From Camelus ferus (Eukaryota): a DNA stretch of 64,000 nt. The notes under the pieces were generated by a model. That model searched no databases. It was given only the letters and a program-made list of their open reading frames with translations, and had not been told where the DNA came from. The stretch's first letter is position 1; each line of letters starts with the position of its first letter. The stretch covers positions 5,520,001-5,584,000 of the forward strand of contig NC_045696.1 in NCBI RefSeq assembly GCF_009834535.1, read 5' to 3'. The position numbers and the translations under genes are program-made. Shown in pieces: positions 1-13,539 of the stretch.

Positions 1-1087
1 ATATCTTTGGGGTTTCCTGGACAGCCTCTAAGTAAACATAAATATTGGCTCCTTCACTTTATAAAACAAGAAATAACAAAAATAATTGAGTTTGTTTGGT
101 GTTCTCCAGACTTTAATTAATTCAAAACTATCATGAGAGCTCTTTCGTTTATCAAACCTGGTGTATAAGAAAAACCTAACGAATTAAAAGAGAAATTTAA
201 TTTTCCTGAGCTTAATTTTATAGGATTAATTTGTTGCTAATTAAGCTATGTCAGTGATTACATAATTTTCAGGCTGAGAAGGATAGTCATGTTCATGTAG
301 AAAAGCTGACATGTTAACCGCCTACCCACTGCTTTTTTTTTTTTTTTTAAGAAAGATTTTGTTTCTACATTTAAGTACCTTTCAGTTAAGGACAATTATA
401 ACACATTTTATATTTTAAGATAAAGTGCTGGGAATCTGTCAATACCCTTGCTGTCTATAATAATGTTCCTACTTTAAGGTAATTACTGACAATATTCTTA
501 TAAATTTATATACATTATGCCTTAAAGAAAACAATTTTCTTTCATTCTGATATTATTATTATAACTCCAAATAGATAAGACTTACATCTAACTTGTTCAC
601 TATTGTTTAGTTATGAAGTTTCTATTTCCAACTTTTCTGACCATCCTAAATCTATGACAGACCAAAACCAAGATGACAGAGGAGATTTGAAAGTGTGACC
701 ATTTGCCTTCCTTTTATGTGGTCACCCCATCGACTCAGGAAGTGGGCCCAAGAGGAGAAATTATAAAGAATCCAACCTACTTACAGCCTCGCTTGTCTAG
801 GAGTTATCAAAACTGACTGTTATTTCCTACCCCATGAACGATGGGTCTTCTTTTGACCCACTCTACCTAGAGGGCAGCTCTCAGTGCCTAATCACCCAAC
901 CACCTGAACGCCTCCTTTCTGGCAGCTAAAAAACCCTCACTTTTCCCACCTGCAAATAATAAACTCTGTTTTTGGTGGTTTATTTGTTTAGGTATTTATT
1001 TATTCTCTAATTTGTACATTTTCCCATTTAACTCTCATAAAAACTGTAGACAAGAGAAACTGTCACCCTCATTCGGATCTGACTTAC

Positions 1088-1510
1088 AAACATCCCACAT
1101 TCCCGGAGTCTCTCCAGCTTTTGCGCAGGGGTCCCGTTCATCTGTTCACGGGTCTTGGCCTGGACCTTGGCCAACTGGCTAGTACATGAAGTGGCCAGCA
1201 GGGACAGCAGCAGCCAACAGCTCGGCCAGCACCTCCCAGGAGGTGAGTCCCAGCCCCTCAGCCCAGCTGCCTGGTTGCGTTTATTGGCAAGAAAGGTCAG
1301 GAAGACTGACCTGTCATCTTTCAGATTCTGCTGCTTTACAGAGAGCACAAATGCTCATTGGGCAGGACACTGAGACCCCAGGCATAAACTTGGACTGAGC
1401 TGGCAAAGCCTCTGGAACCCATTTTCCCTCAAATCTCATCTCCCCCTGGACGGCCCTCAGGTCTGAGGGCCAGAAGCTCTATTCTGCTTCAAGTGTGTTC
1501 AGCCAATCGC
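1088..1510 (-). promoter_or_regulatory. Candidate CCAAT-box promoter and first exon; possibly the B3GALT5 native 5' exon
   Basis: CCAAT boxes at 1283-1287 (-), 1357-1361 (-) and 1503-1507 (+, AGCCAATCG); minus-strand donor TTT|GTAAGT at 1088/1087; GC-richer than the flank. The identity is inferred only from the conserved order SH3BGR then B3GALT5 on the same strand. Confidence 0.4.
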
Positions 1511-1993
1511 TTCTCTCAGACACAGACCCAGGCTGCCCAGCGGCCAAGCCTACTTATCCTTCCAGCTCAGACTCGAGCCCCTGTCCTTGGAGACAACCCT
1601 AAGCTGTGTCCCTGGCAGGGCTAGAAGCCACCCTGAGCTTTCTGTCCCCCACACTGTCAGGGACACCATCTGCCTCGTCCCTGGACTGACTTCACAGCAG
1701 ACCAGATTGCCTCCAGCAAAAAAAGAGTTACAGAAAGGCAAAACTCCTTTGATAAAGTACAGGAAATATGGAACAAGTAACCATTTAGATAAAGATTTGT
1801 CAAGTAAAGAAAGGAAGTTAAATAGAAATATGTACAATAAAATGAGAGAGCCTTATGCCAGGAATCTAAGGCAAGGCCCTTCCGTGTACCAGCTCCTAAC
1901 CTTGGGCAAGCCACTGTGATGGTGTCAGACCTCAGGGCTGTCTGTGGACTCAATCAGAACGGGGCCTGGCCCACAGTGGCCTTCAGCAAGTGC

Positions 1994-3185
1994 TAGGTGA
2001 GCAAGTGAGCCAGTGAATGAATGAATGAGTGTAGGATGGGCTGAGATCCAGAGCAAAAAGTATTAAAAAAAAAAAAAAAAAAGGTAAAATTTTATTGAAA
2101 TGTTTTATTGCTAGCTAACATCATACGAAGATTAACCATGGCGTGTAGAGTTAAAACCCAAAGTGTTGCCGGTGGATGTAACAGGTGTTCCAGGTTCTTG
2201 ACCCATCCCAGAAAGAATTCAGGGGCAAGACATAGTGATCAAAAAAAGTAAAGTGAGGATTTATTAAGGGATGGACAGTACACGCTCAAGGGGAGAGTGG
2301 GCAGGCTCAGGTAAGTGGCCGCCCTGTGTTTCTTTGGCAAGTTAGTTACATATGGTATAAAAATGAATGGGTGGAATATTCACTGGGGAGGGGAGGTTTT
2401 GGGGTCACATTCCCAGATTATCATCCCAACTCCACCTTCCCAAAGGGAGGAGGGATTTCTGTCCTTATTTAGTCTCAATTGGAAGTGTCATGACAACGGT
2501 GCATGATGGGTAATTCTAATCCGCAAGGCTAATTTTATTGAAATGCGGGCATAATGAGCAAAAGGTTACATTCGGACACTGGGAATTCCTACCTTTTCTC
2601 ACCTTTCTTTATCGATCTCCAGGCCATTCATCATCCCAAAAGTGGTGACCACTTATCAGCCCAAAGGCTCCCGCTCTTCTTTCTCTGCCCAGGGACCCCA
2701 GGTGCTTACATGATGTATGGTTTCCTGCATTTGGCTTGTGCCCCTCCTTTCTGCCCAATTCCTGCCATTTGGTCTGTGTCCCCCTTTCTCTGCTCATATC
2801 TAGCTGTCTGCCCGCTCTGACAAAAGGAGCATGTGTCTTTCTGGCAGGAAGGCAGTGAGGTCTCCACACCTGAGAGCAGGGTCAACGTGAGGGTGGAAGG
2901 CACCCCTTGAGGTGAAGGTGCTGAGGTCTTCCAGGGTCTTACGTGGAAAGCCAAGTTCAAGGATTCCCACATAGTAGGTAAGAGAAATGTTTGCTTTTTT
3001 TTTTTTTAAATAAAACAAATATCCTCTGTTCCCCCCACCTGATGGCATCTGTTGCCTGAGAAGATAAACACTGTTGAAAGGGCCTCATAAATGTTAAATG
3101 ATTCTGCACCTTCTGTTTCATGGCAGCTTTTATGCATATTTGAACAACAGAAGACAGGGAGGAGCAAAACTCTTTATCCAGGGTG
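1994..3185 (+). repeat. Copy A of inverted local duplication (interrupted by LTR)
   Basis: After removing 2164-2826, it aligns by eye as the reverse complement of ~22425-22965. Confidence 0.9.
2164..2822 (-). mobile_element. Solo ERV1-class LTR
   Basis: TG...CA termini with 4-bp TSD AAAG (2160-2163, 2823-2826) and a minus-strand AATAAA near 2261. The uninterrupted empty site is visible in the paralogous copy near 22800. Confidence 0.85.
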
Positions 3186-4679
3186 GTCGCTATTTCCTCT
3201 TGTAAATGTTCAGATGCCACCTGTTTCCCAGGAACTGACTTTAAGTTCAACAGCACAGAGACTCTCTGTTTTTCCCCTCGTCTGGACCCCGTCACTGCCC
3301 ACGACTGCGGCTTCTCACAGGTGCCCGGTAGGAGCTCTGAGAAATACTCTGGGATGTGACTGGTCTGGAGCTGAAGCGTCCACTTGTCATTGAAATGCTG
3401 GATTAATTTTCTGACTATCTTTTCATCTCTCCTATGTCTCCCTCCCTTTATATATTGTCCCACTCTTTCCAGCCAGAAGACCTTCTTTGGAAGACCACAG
3501 ATTGAGTGATTCCATTGGCTTTCCTCTACCTAGGGCGCGAGAACATCTTCCTCACCGAGGTCTTACACTTCTCAGTCACCTGACCTTCTCCTTACAGGTC
3601 CCTGCCAAAGAGTTTTATTCCATTTATACAGAGCACCTCCCCTCATCCTTCGTACATTATTTCATAAAGCTGAGCTCAAAGACCGTCCTGTGCAGCCTTC
3701 TGTCTTCTCTAGGTGCCTTTCCCTTTAGTATTACTCGTGAGTTCTAATTCATCATTTTATTTTTTCAAAGTTTCTATTCCTTATGGGTAAATATCCCTTT
3801 TCAGAGTCTGGAGTTAGATTGCTGAATGTTAACATTTCTTTAAAATAAAGAGAAGGAAAAAATCCAGGAAGGAGGGAAAGTTGTATACTAGCAAGAGATC
3901 AAGTCGAGGGGATGCCAAGAAAATAAGTTGAGAAGTTTGTGGCCACGAAGAGCGAGCATATTCAGAATTTCTAATACAAGCACATCAAAAGCAGGAAGCC
4001 ACTTCTATTTTCATTGGAATGTAAAAGGGGTATTTGGGAATGAAAGCAAAACGGCACAGGGTTTTTCCCACACTTGCACTAAAAACATCAAAAGTACACA
4101 CGCTCGCTGTGGAATAATCCAAAGATTCTGGAGCTGCGCCAAGTTCCCCAAATGCCATGATCGCTACCCAGAGACAACCACGGTGAACAATTCTGTATGT
4201 ATCTTCTTAAGATGTGAGGATTTCTTTGAGACAGTCTTTACTGAATCTGAAGGGTCAAATGAGCTTTTATGGCAGAAGTATCAGAAGCCTCAGACGTAGT
4301 CATGTTTGGCAAACAGGATGTTCTCAATCAAAATTTACAAAAATCATTTTTAATGAGTTATTCGGTCTTCTGGGCAGCTATCCAAGCTGAAATTCTGAAG
4401 AAGCTGCTCAGAATGTTGCTGTCGAACCCACCCTTCCTGAAGGACAGATGCTGGTGGGTGAGCCCCCAGCCAAATACACCTGCTGAGGGGTTTGCATATT
4501 TTCCTGTTTTAAAGGATACCCCATTCATAATACATAAATAAAATGAGACTATACAAATGTATGTATCTGCAAATATACATACGTATGTATACATATATAC
4601 ATAGACATCCCTCTTTCTTGCCATCACACGTACCTTGAACACGAGGTTTCCTAAATAGCTCTGAGTCTGTTAGTCACCC

Positions 4680-5075
4680 CGTTTTATTGTTCTTGGGCTG
4701 CCATAACAGAGTAGCCCAGACTGGGCAGCTTAACTAGCAGAAACGCGTTGTCTCATCTTTCTGGAGACTACGATCTGAAATCAGGGTGTTGGCAGGGTTG
4801 ATTCCCTGTGAGGGCTGCGAGGAAAAGATCTGGTCCAGCCTCTCTCCTTGGCTTGTCTATGGCTCTTTTCATGGTCACGGGATGTCTCCCCATCAGCAAG
4901 TCTGTCTCCGAATTTCCCCTTTTTATAAGGACTCGTCATATTGAATGAAGGGCTGCCATAATGACCTCATTTTAACTTGGTAAAAACCTGTCTCCAAAAC
5001 AGCCTCTCTCTGAGGTACTAGGGGGTCAGGGACTCCAGTCTATGAATTGGGGTTACATAATTCAACCTATAACAC
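4680..5075 (-). mobile_element. MLT1-type MaLR solo LTR
   Basis: Typical GGCTGCCATAACA...GACTGGGCAGCTTAA...AATCAGGGTGTTGGCAGGG...TTCAACCTATAACA motifs. Confidence 0.75.
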
Positions 5076-5994
5076 ACCCCCACCTCCAGCTTCCACCCCA
5101 AAAGTCATTTTAATCTGGAAGAAGCAGGTCTTCAGCATCAAAAGACAAAATCAGAGAAGAACCAAGGCTCCAAAGATTACGCTCAGTTCTTGTAGAAATC
5201 TGTGGTCTAGCTGGTTGAGTACCTGTGGAAAACCAGCCCTTCTCAGGAGAGTAAGAAACACAGAAGGTATAAGGAGGAAGAAAGTAGAAAAGAAAAGAAA
5301 AGCACAGGGAGAAGTCTCCCCGGCAGGGGGAAAGCTGCAGAGGGAGCAGCTGAGGGTCTGTCCGTTCAGCCCATCCAGGCAGCTCCACTCTGGGGAAGGA
5401 GTCAGCAGTGCCCGTGGCTGGGAGCCCAGGCACCCTGACAGCAGACAAGAGGAACTCCGCACACGGGCCATCCAGACCTGTACAGGCACCCCAGGGTCTT
5501 AGCTGCCATATTTCACACCTGCAGGGTGACAGACATAGCCTACCAACTAGATTGTTATGTAGACCATTCCCTGTCGCTGAGGGCCGTGTTCTCTCCTATG
5601 CTGTAGATGTGGGTGAGGCATTGCAGGGCATGGGAGTGAATTTGCAAGGAACCCAAGCGTTGGTCCACTGTGTGCCCTCATTTATTTTTTGAGCTGCTAC
5701 TCCATACCAAGAATTGTGCTAAATATTTCACTTCACTGTAGCTTGGAGTCCAAATGGAGCTCATGTGCAGATGAGGTGGGGGACTGGGGTTCCTTCCACC
5801 CCACCCAGGCATTCATTTTCATAAGACAGTTGTAAAGGGTGGCATTGGAGTTAAAGGAGAAAGGAAGAGATGGTGCTTGGGGCCTGGGGAAGAAGCTTGG
5901 AAGGAACCAGGAGAACAGTCTGGGAGGATGTGGGGAGCCCAGCCCCTCCCTGAGGTCTCCTTCAGAAAGTAGAGTTCTAAGTCAAAAGCAAAAG

Positions 5995-6610
5995 GGACAT
6001 TTTCAGAGAAAACTAATTTGAAAAGGCACATACACCCCAGTGTTCATGGCAGCACTATTTACAATAGCCTAGACATGGAAGCAAACTTAGTGTCCATCAA
6101 CAAGATGACTGGATAAAGAAGATGTGTGTATATGTATATATACACACTGGAATATTATTCAGCCATAAAAAAGAATGAAGTAATGCCATTTGCAGCAATA
6201 TGGATGGACCTAGAGATTATCATATTGAGTGAAGTAAGTCAGACAAAGACAAATGTCATGATATCACTTATATGTGGAACCAAAAAAAAAAAAAGATACA
6301 GATTCAATTTACAAACCAAAAACACTCATGGACATAGAAAACAAACAGTGGTTACCAGAGTGGAAAGGGTAGGGAGGGGGCAAATTAGGGGTTGGGGATT
6401 AACAGACACACATTACTATATTCAAAATAGATAAACAACAAAGACCTACTATATAGCACAAGGAACAACATTCAGTATCTTGTATTAACCTATAATGGAA
6501 AAGAATCTGAAAAAATATATATGTATGTATATGTATAACTGAATCACTTTGCTATACACCTGAAACTAATACTGTAAATCAACTACAATTCAATAAAAAA
6601 AATTTTTTTT
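5995..6610 (+). mobile_element. 5'-truncated L1 (ORF2 end/3'UTR and polyA)
   Basis: GCAGCACTATTTACAATAGCC, SAIKKNE..WMDLEIIILSEVSQ, AATAAA with A-tail; short AAAAGCAAA TSD-like flanks. Confidence 0.85.
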
Positions 6611-6734
6611 AAAAAGCAAATGGAATGGGTTTTGATCAAGACTTTGTAATTTGGGGGCTCAGAGACGAGTTTCTCCCCATTCCTGTGTGGACCATGTAGC
6701 TGTATCCAAAAGGGATCTGTGCCTAAAGGTTTTG

Positions 6735-6838
6735 TGTTTGTTTGTTTGTTTGTTTGTTTTGATGGAGGTACTGGGGATTGAACCCAGGACCTTGTGCATG
6801 CTGAGCACAGGCTCTATTACGGAGCTATCCCCCCCCAA
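6735..6838 (-). mobile_element. Vic-1-type camelid tRNA-derived SINE
   Basis: GATGGAGGTACTGGGGATTGAACCCAGGACCTTGTGCATGCT is the reverse of the tRNA-Ala-like head, with a (TTTG)n tail. Confidence 0.8.
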
Positions 6839-8384
6839 CTCTGGTGGGGGCCTATGAAGGTCAGCAGAGCAGCCTTGCCCTTCCCTTAGGATCTTATTTA
6901 CCAACTTTCCCAGACTTGGGCCAATTTATTTTGCAGGTTTTTTCCTGAACCAGCTTTTCTTTCATAGCCCCAAATTATTTTGTTTCTGATAACAAAGTTT
7001 TGAGATTCGTCAATAACTGCAAATGTTTTGATTGAATACATTGTGAATGATTGAATCACATCAATTTGTAAATTACTTAGGTAGCCATCACAAGAGAAGT
7101 GTGTCCGGGTCGCGTCTGGCCCCTGGGGGAGTTTTTCAACAATGCCTTTTGAGAGCATAAAATCACATCCCTTTAGGAAGGAGCTGCAACATTATAAAAG
7201 AAAGCATATTAAATTCTTGGCTTGGTATGAATATTCACAGTAACATTGTAAAATTTGCCTCTCCACATTTTAAAAATCCACTTCTATACCATTTAAATAG
7301 CCATGATCGACTCTGGGTTTGCAACCTGCATGGGTTTTTTAGGCTTAAGGACACCATATTGTCTTCAGTGCATTATTTTGATAAAGTTACTAAGCCATTA
7401 ATTTTGATGTTTTCTCCAAGGAAAACGCTATTTCCTAAAATGTAATTTCTCAAGCAGCAGTTTATGGCTGTCTTTCTTCCGCCAGTGTATAAAAGCTTCT
7501 GTTATTATTTGTATAAAACTTGCCATGTGAATTATATCAATGTGCAAAATGCAGGTGTTCCCATGCATTTGTGGAAACCTACCTGAGTGTGACAGACACC
7601 CACCTATCCTCAGGCAGCAGATCAGTGGAGCTGCCCAAACACAGAAGTTTGGCTCAGGGCATAAAGCAGTCATTTTATAATCCATTTATTGGGGTCCAGA
7701 AGAGTTCATAATTCAATTTCCTATCATCTCAACTCAAGGTTTTCTTTGTTAGTGCTCAGATGCTCTCTCTGCAGACAGGCCAACCACTCACCCAAGGACT
7801 GGCTTCTATCTGTTTCCAGCTATTCCCTGGAGACTTCTTCTGACCTTTCACCCAAAATTAAAATAAACACAGCCATCCACTGGTTTTAAAGTCTGTCCCT
7901 ATTTTTTTTCAGGATGTATTTATAAACAATAAATAAACCATATTTCAAAAAATTCTAAATTTAGTCAAAATCATCATTCTTTCATTTCTCACCAGTATTT
8001 ATATTTCTTTTCCCATCTCCTTCTCCCTCACTCCACCCCACAACACTGTGTCCTCTCCTCCTGGTCTGTAGCATTTCTGGGAGAGAAATGGAGAGCAAAG
8101 AACTGATGCTGAAAGAGAAATGAGTTACCCGCTTTCCCTCCTCTCTCCACAAGACGTGCACCTACAACAGTCAGCTTGCAAGGGACTTTGAAGGAACTAA
8201 ATTGTTTGAAAGGGAAATGAGAGCCATGTGCTGAGAGAGCCGCTTCCCCAACTCATCTTCATCTCCTGTAAATTTCAAGTGCCCTCTTCTTCTCTGAATC
8301 CCTGATTGGAGCTGTGAGATGCTTTCTGTAAGGAGAACACATTCATTCTTTTCTGGGGCTTCCTTAGTTCTTTTCTCTCTTCCC

Positions 8385-9580
8385 ATTTTTAGGAGATGTA
8401 ATTGACATGCAGCACGGAATAAGTTTGAGGTGGACAGTGTAATGATTTGACTTATACACATCATGAAATGATCACCACACTAACTTTGGTAAACATCCAT
8501 CAACTCACATACATACAAAATAAAAGAAACAGAAAAAATTTTTTTTTCCTTGAGTGAGAACACTTAGGATTTACTCTCAACAACTTGCATGTATAATGGA
8601 CAGCAGCATTACTTATATTTATCGTGTTGGACATCACATCCCTAATACTTACTGATCTTATAACTGAAAGCTAGTACCTTTCACCTTCATCCAGTCCTCC
8701 CCCTCAGCCTCTGATCATCACAAATCTGATCTCTTTTTCTATGCATCTGTTGTTTGTTTTCAAAGTATAATTGACCTACAACACTGTGTTAGTTCCTGTA
8801 ACAAAACATAGTGATTTGACATTTCCATATGAAGATATTACATAATTAACTATAGTCCCCACATTGTAAATTTCACACTTGTACCTCGTAATCTCCCTTA
8901 CCTATTTCTCTCCTCCCCCATCTCTAGCAACCACCCATTTGTCCTCTGTTTCTATGACTCTGTTTCTGTTTTGTTGTGTTTGTTTATTTGTTTTGTCTTT
9001 CAGATTCCACATGTAAGTAAAATCATACAATATTTGTCCTCCTCTGTCTGACTTATTTCACTTAGCATAATGTCCTCTAAATCCATTCGTGTTGTTGTAA
9101 ATGGTAAGATTTCATTCTTTTTATGTCTTATGTATATAAACACATATATATTTATATATCATATATCACATATAGTACATCTCTATCCATTCATTTACTG
9201 ATGGGCCCTTAGGTTGCTTCCATATCTTGCCTATTGTGAATAATGCTGCAATGAATATAGGACTGCATATACCTTTTTGAATTCATGTTTTCATTTTTGT
9301 CTTTCTGGATAAATACCCAAGAGTGGAATTGCTGGACCATATGGTAGTTTTATTTTCAATTTTTTGAAGAACTTCCATACTGTTTTCCATAGTGGTTGCA
9401 CCAATTTACATTCCTGCCACCGCATACAAGGATTCCCTTTTCCCCACATCCTTGCCACCATTTGTTATTTCTTGTCTTTTTGATAAAAGCCATGCTGACA
9501 GGTGTGTGGTGAGACCTCACTGTGGTTTTGATTTGCATTTCCCTGACGATTAGTAATGATGAGCATATTTTCATGTGCCT
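8385..9580 (-). mobile_element. L1 3' fragment
   Basis: ORF 9356-9574 ([32 protein letters not shown]) is the ORF2 C-terminus, followed by L1 3'UTR motifs. Confidence 0.85.
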
Positions 9581-10199
9581 GATATCAAAGTCTGCATATC
9601 ATTTGGTCCCAAAGAGCAAATTTGTATATTCTGCTGTTGTAAAACCTGGGAGTGCTTAGGAAATTGGGTACTTTGCAGACCACAGATTCAAGCAGTGAAA
9701 GTCCGTACAGAAAGAGGAATGCACCATCTACAACAACACGCAGAAATGTAGATGAAATCTCACAGACGTAACATGGAGAAAAGCCAGACAGCAAAGCTGA
9801 CCTACTGTAAGTTTCCATTGACACAAAATTCAAAAACAGGCAATATTAACCTCCAGTTTTAGAAGTCAGAAAAGCAGCCAACCCTGGTGGCATGAGAGTG
9901 AGCAGAAGTGTGTTTGAGGGGAACATCTGGAGTTCTGGTTATGTTCTGAGTCTTAATCCGAGTTCCAGTTCACAAGTGTGCTCTGCCTATGAAAATTCAT
10001 TGAGCTGAATATTTAGGATACATGCCCTTTTTTGAATATATATTATATATCAATAATTTTTTAAGTGTGTGCTTTCATCAGTCCATTTCCTAGTTTGACC
10101 CTCACTAACGCTTTTTTTTCCTCAACTTTGAATTTCAACACAGAGTTTCAGAGACAGAATCTGTGTACTTAGACAAGACCCACTCTACCATGAACAGAG

Positions 10200-12300
10200 T
10201 TCAATATTTGTGCAGCCTCACTGGCTGACTGCTAAGCTGCACAGATAGGGAAGTGAACCCTAAGAAACCAGGCTTTTAAACAAAACAACAACAACAAAAG
10301 TTATAGAAAGCATATTCAACAGCAGCTATATACCACAGGGAAAAAAAGCCAATTCACAGATTTAGCCTAAATAAGTCATTAAACAAAGGAACAAAGGAAA
10401 AAAGACCAATAAAAACATCTAGGGGAAAATCAGAACTCAGAGTTGATGCAAAATACAGTCTAAGATACCAAGTTTTAAAAAAAGTTACAAGACATGTAAA
10501 TAAAACAATGACCCATAACACCAGGGGAAAAAATTCAATAAACACTGTCACTGAGTGTCCCCAAAGGTTGGGTTTAGCTGACAAAAGCTCCAAAGCAGTT
10601 ATTATAAATACATTCAAGGAACTAAAGAAAACCACATGTACAAAATTTAAAAGAAATTATACAACAATGAATCAATAAATGGAGACTTTCAATAAGGAGA
10701 TAGAAATTCTAAATAAAAAGGAACACAGAAATTCTGGAGGTGAAAAGTTCAGTAACTGAAATGAAGCTTTCACCAGAAGGGCCCAGCAACACATTTAAGA
10801 CGACAGAAGAACGTTTCTATGGACTTGAAGACAGATCAATAGAAATTGCTAATCTGAAGATAAGAGAGAAGAAAGATTGAATAATAGTAAACAGGGCCTC
10901 AGAGACCTGTGAGAAATCATTAAACGTAACATCTACATGCAGTGAAAATTCCAGAAAGGGTGAAGAGAGAAAAAGAAGGCAGAAAAAAAACTGAAGGAAT
11001 AATGGCCAAGTTTTTCCAAAATTTACAAAAAGGCATTGCTCTACCATCTTAATTCAGTCTGCTAAAGCAATCACCATAGGCCGGGTAATGTAAATATCAA
11101 GCATTTACTTCTCACGTGGCATCCAAATCAGGGTGCCAGCACGGCTGGGTTCCGATGAGATACAACTTCCTGTTGTGGCCGCACAGGGCAGAAAAAGAGC
11201 AAGCTTGCTCTCTGGCCTCTCCTTATACGGACACTAGTCACCTAATTACCTCCCAAAAGCCCACCTCCAATACCACCACAATGGAAATTAGATTTCATTA
11301 TATAAATCTGGGGAGGAACCCAAATATTCAATCATTAACATCTACATATCCAAGAAGCCCAATGAACATTGAATAGGATAAATTCAAAGCTAGCCAGACC
11401 TATACACTGCATAGCAAATTGTAGAATGACAAAGACTAAGGAAATATTGAAAAGATCTGGGGAAAAACAATTCAGGCACAAAGAGCATCAGTATGAATGA
11501 TTAATAGGTGTCTTTTTATCTGACAAGTGAAAGCCAGAAAGTAGGAGAATGACATATTCAATATGCTTAAAATTTTTTAAAAAAAAACTATCAATCAAGA
11601 ATTCTACTTGTTGTGGTAACCATTTTGCAATATACACATATATCAAATCACCATGTACACCTAAAACTAACACAATGTTAGATGTCAACTATACTTCAAT
11701 AAAACTGTTGGGGGGGTAGAAAGAATTCCACATCCAGCAAATCTGTTCTTCGAAAATGAAAGCAAAATAAAGATATTCCCGGACAAAGAGTGAAAGAACT
11801 CGTTGCCAGCAGAGCTGCCTTACAAGAAACAATAAAGAAGCCCTTCCGGCTGAAAGAAAATGACCCCAGCTGGTAACAAAACCAGAGAAAGAAATTAATA
11901 ACACCGGAAATGGTAAACATGGAGGCTGATGTCTCTAAATATATTTTTTCTCTCTTACTCTCTTAACTTCTTCAATAGACTGGATGCTACAAAGCAGTAA
12001 CTCTAACACTGTATTGTTGGTTTTCTAACATTTATAGATTTAATATATATAATAGCAACAGGACAATTGGAGGAGGGAATAGAACTATATTAGAGCAAAG
12101 TCTGTATTTTACCAGAATTAAGTGAGTGTTAGTCTGAAGTGCGTTATAAGAAATTGCAGTCAGATTGTAACACCTAGCTCAACCACTAAGGGAAAAACTC
12201 AAAAAAGATATAATTCTTTTAATCAGCAGGAACTTAGATGTTTAAAAATATTTATTTAACCTAAAAGAAGTCCATTTTTAAAAGGAACAGAAAATTTATA
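10200..12300 (+). mobile_element. Old L1M ORF1-region fragments, interrupted by a MaLR LTR (~11045-11340) and an L1 tail (~11607-11706)
   Basis: A-rich degenerate ORF1 motifs (GAACTTGAAGACAGATCAATAGAAAT-like, CTCAGAGACCTGTG, AAAATGAAAGCAAAATAAAGATATTCC). The MLT1A-like insert contains CACCTAATTACCTCCCAAAAGCCCACCTCC. Confidence 0.65.
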
Positions 12301-13539
12301 TTTGTAATATGATTCTAAGCAGCATTACTGCTTTTAAATTTTTTTTCTCATCCCGGGCAGGGCCGGTTTGGTTGTCAGGAGTATCACATCCAGTGAAAAG
12401 GTGACTTGTAAGTATGACTGAGCCTCCCAGGAATGGGGAGTCATCAGGAGACACTCCCTTCTCGCAGCCGCATAGATGTCTACGCTCTTTGCTGCACGTC
12501 CGCTTCACTCACCTTCCAGCTTTGGGTGTTGGTTCATCAGCACACACAGACTGATGGCCAGTGGCTACCGGCCCCTGGGCTACTAGGCCTTACAGATCTG
12601 ACCTCACCTCTGTCTGACCCAGTGCATCCTTTTTTCAAACAGTCTCAAGAGAGGCGCTGACTGGATGCTGGCAGGCAGCGGGTTGGCGCACCGCCTTTCC
12701 TTCGTGGTGGCGGGAGTGGCGGGGCGGAAGACTCTCTCAGCAAGGGCTGGGATGGGGCAAGCAAAATGACGCCTGTTTTAGTAAAAAAGGAGTATCACTT
12801 CACCTTGTTGCAGGGTGCTGCCTGGCTTGGTGGACACGTTTAGTGACCCAGATTCATTTTTAGTTCTGAAATCTTGGCAAGTGGCTCATTTGTCTAAATG
12901 AGACATTCTAAATGTCTAAATTACTCTAAAGAGAATCTTTTGAGCCAAATAAAATTCTGTAAAGTGGATTCAGCTATGATTTGGGAGGCTGGATTAGATT
13001 ACTTTTAATGTAAGTAACTGACTTCTGTTCGTGTGATTACATAATGAGGTAACAGTCAGGAGAAGGGACTCTAAGGAGCTGTGAACACTGTGTTAACAGC
13101 TGGGGCTGTGTTTTTTCATATGTCTTTGTTTTTGGAATTATTAAAATCCTAATGGAAAATATCTGGTTGAATATGTACTTAGATTTTCCTGTAACTGGCA
13201 GAGACAGGGACAGTCGTCACAATGTCAGAGCGTGCCGTTTACAGGATGCTGCTGAGGTGTGACTGCTTGGTGTCCGAGTCTGAACACCCCAGTGAGGACT
13301 GTCCTCATGGCAGCCACTGCAGGACATTCTAACATTCCCAACAGTCATACTGACAATGCTCAAAAGAGGGTCCAAATCCCTCTACTGGGGTCATGGTCAT
13401 ATTCTCTTGTGGAAGATGAATTCACCCTTAGGACACATCCAAGCCTGGCAAATAAGGCACAGATAATATGTCTGGATAATGGGATTTTTTATCAAATGTT
13501 TCAACACTCATTTTCTGGTGTGATTAGCGAGCTCCTGTT

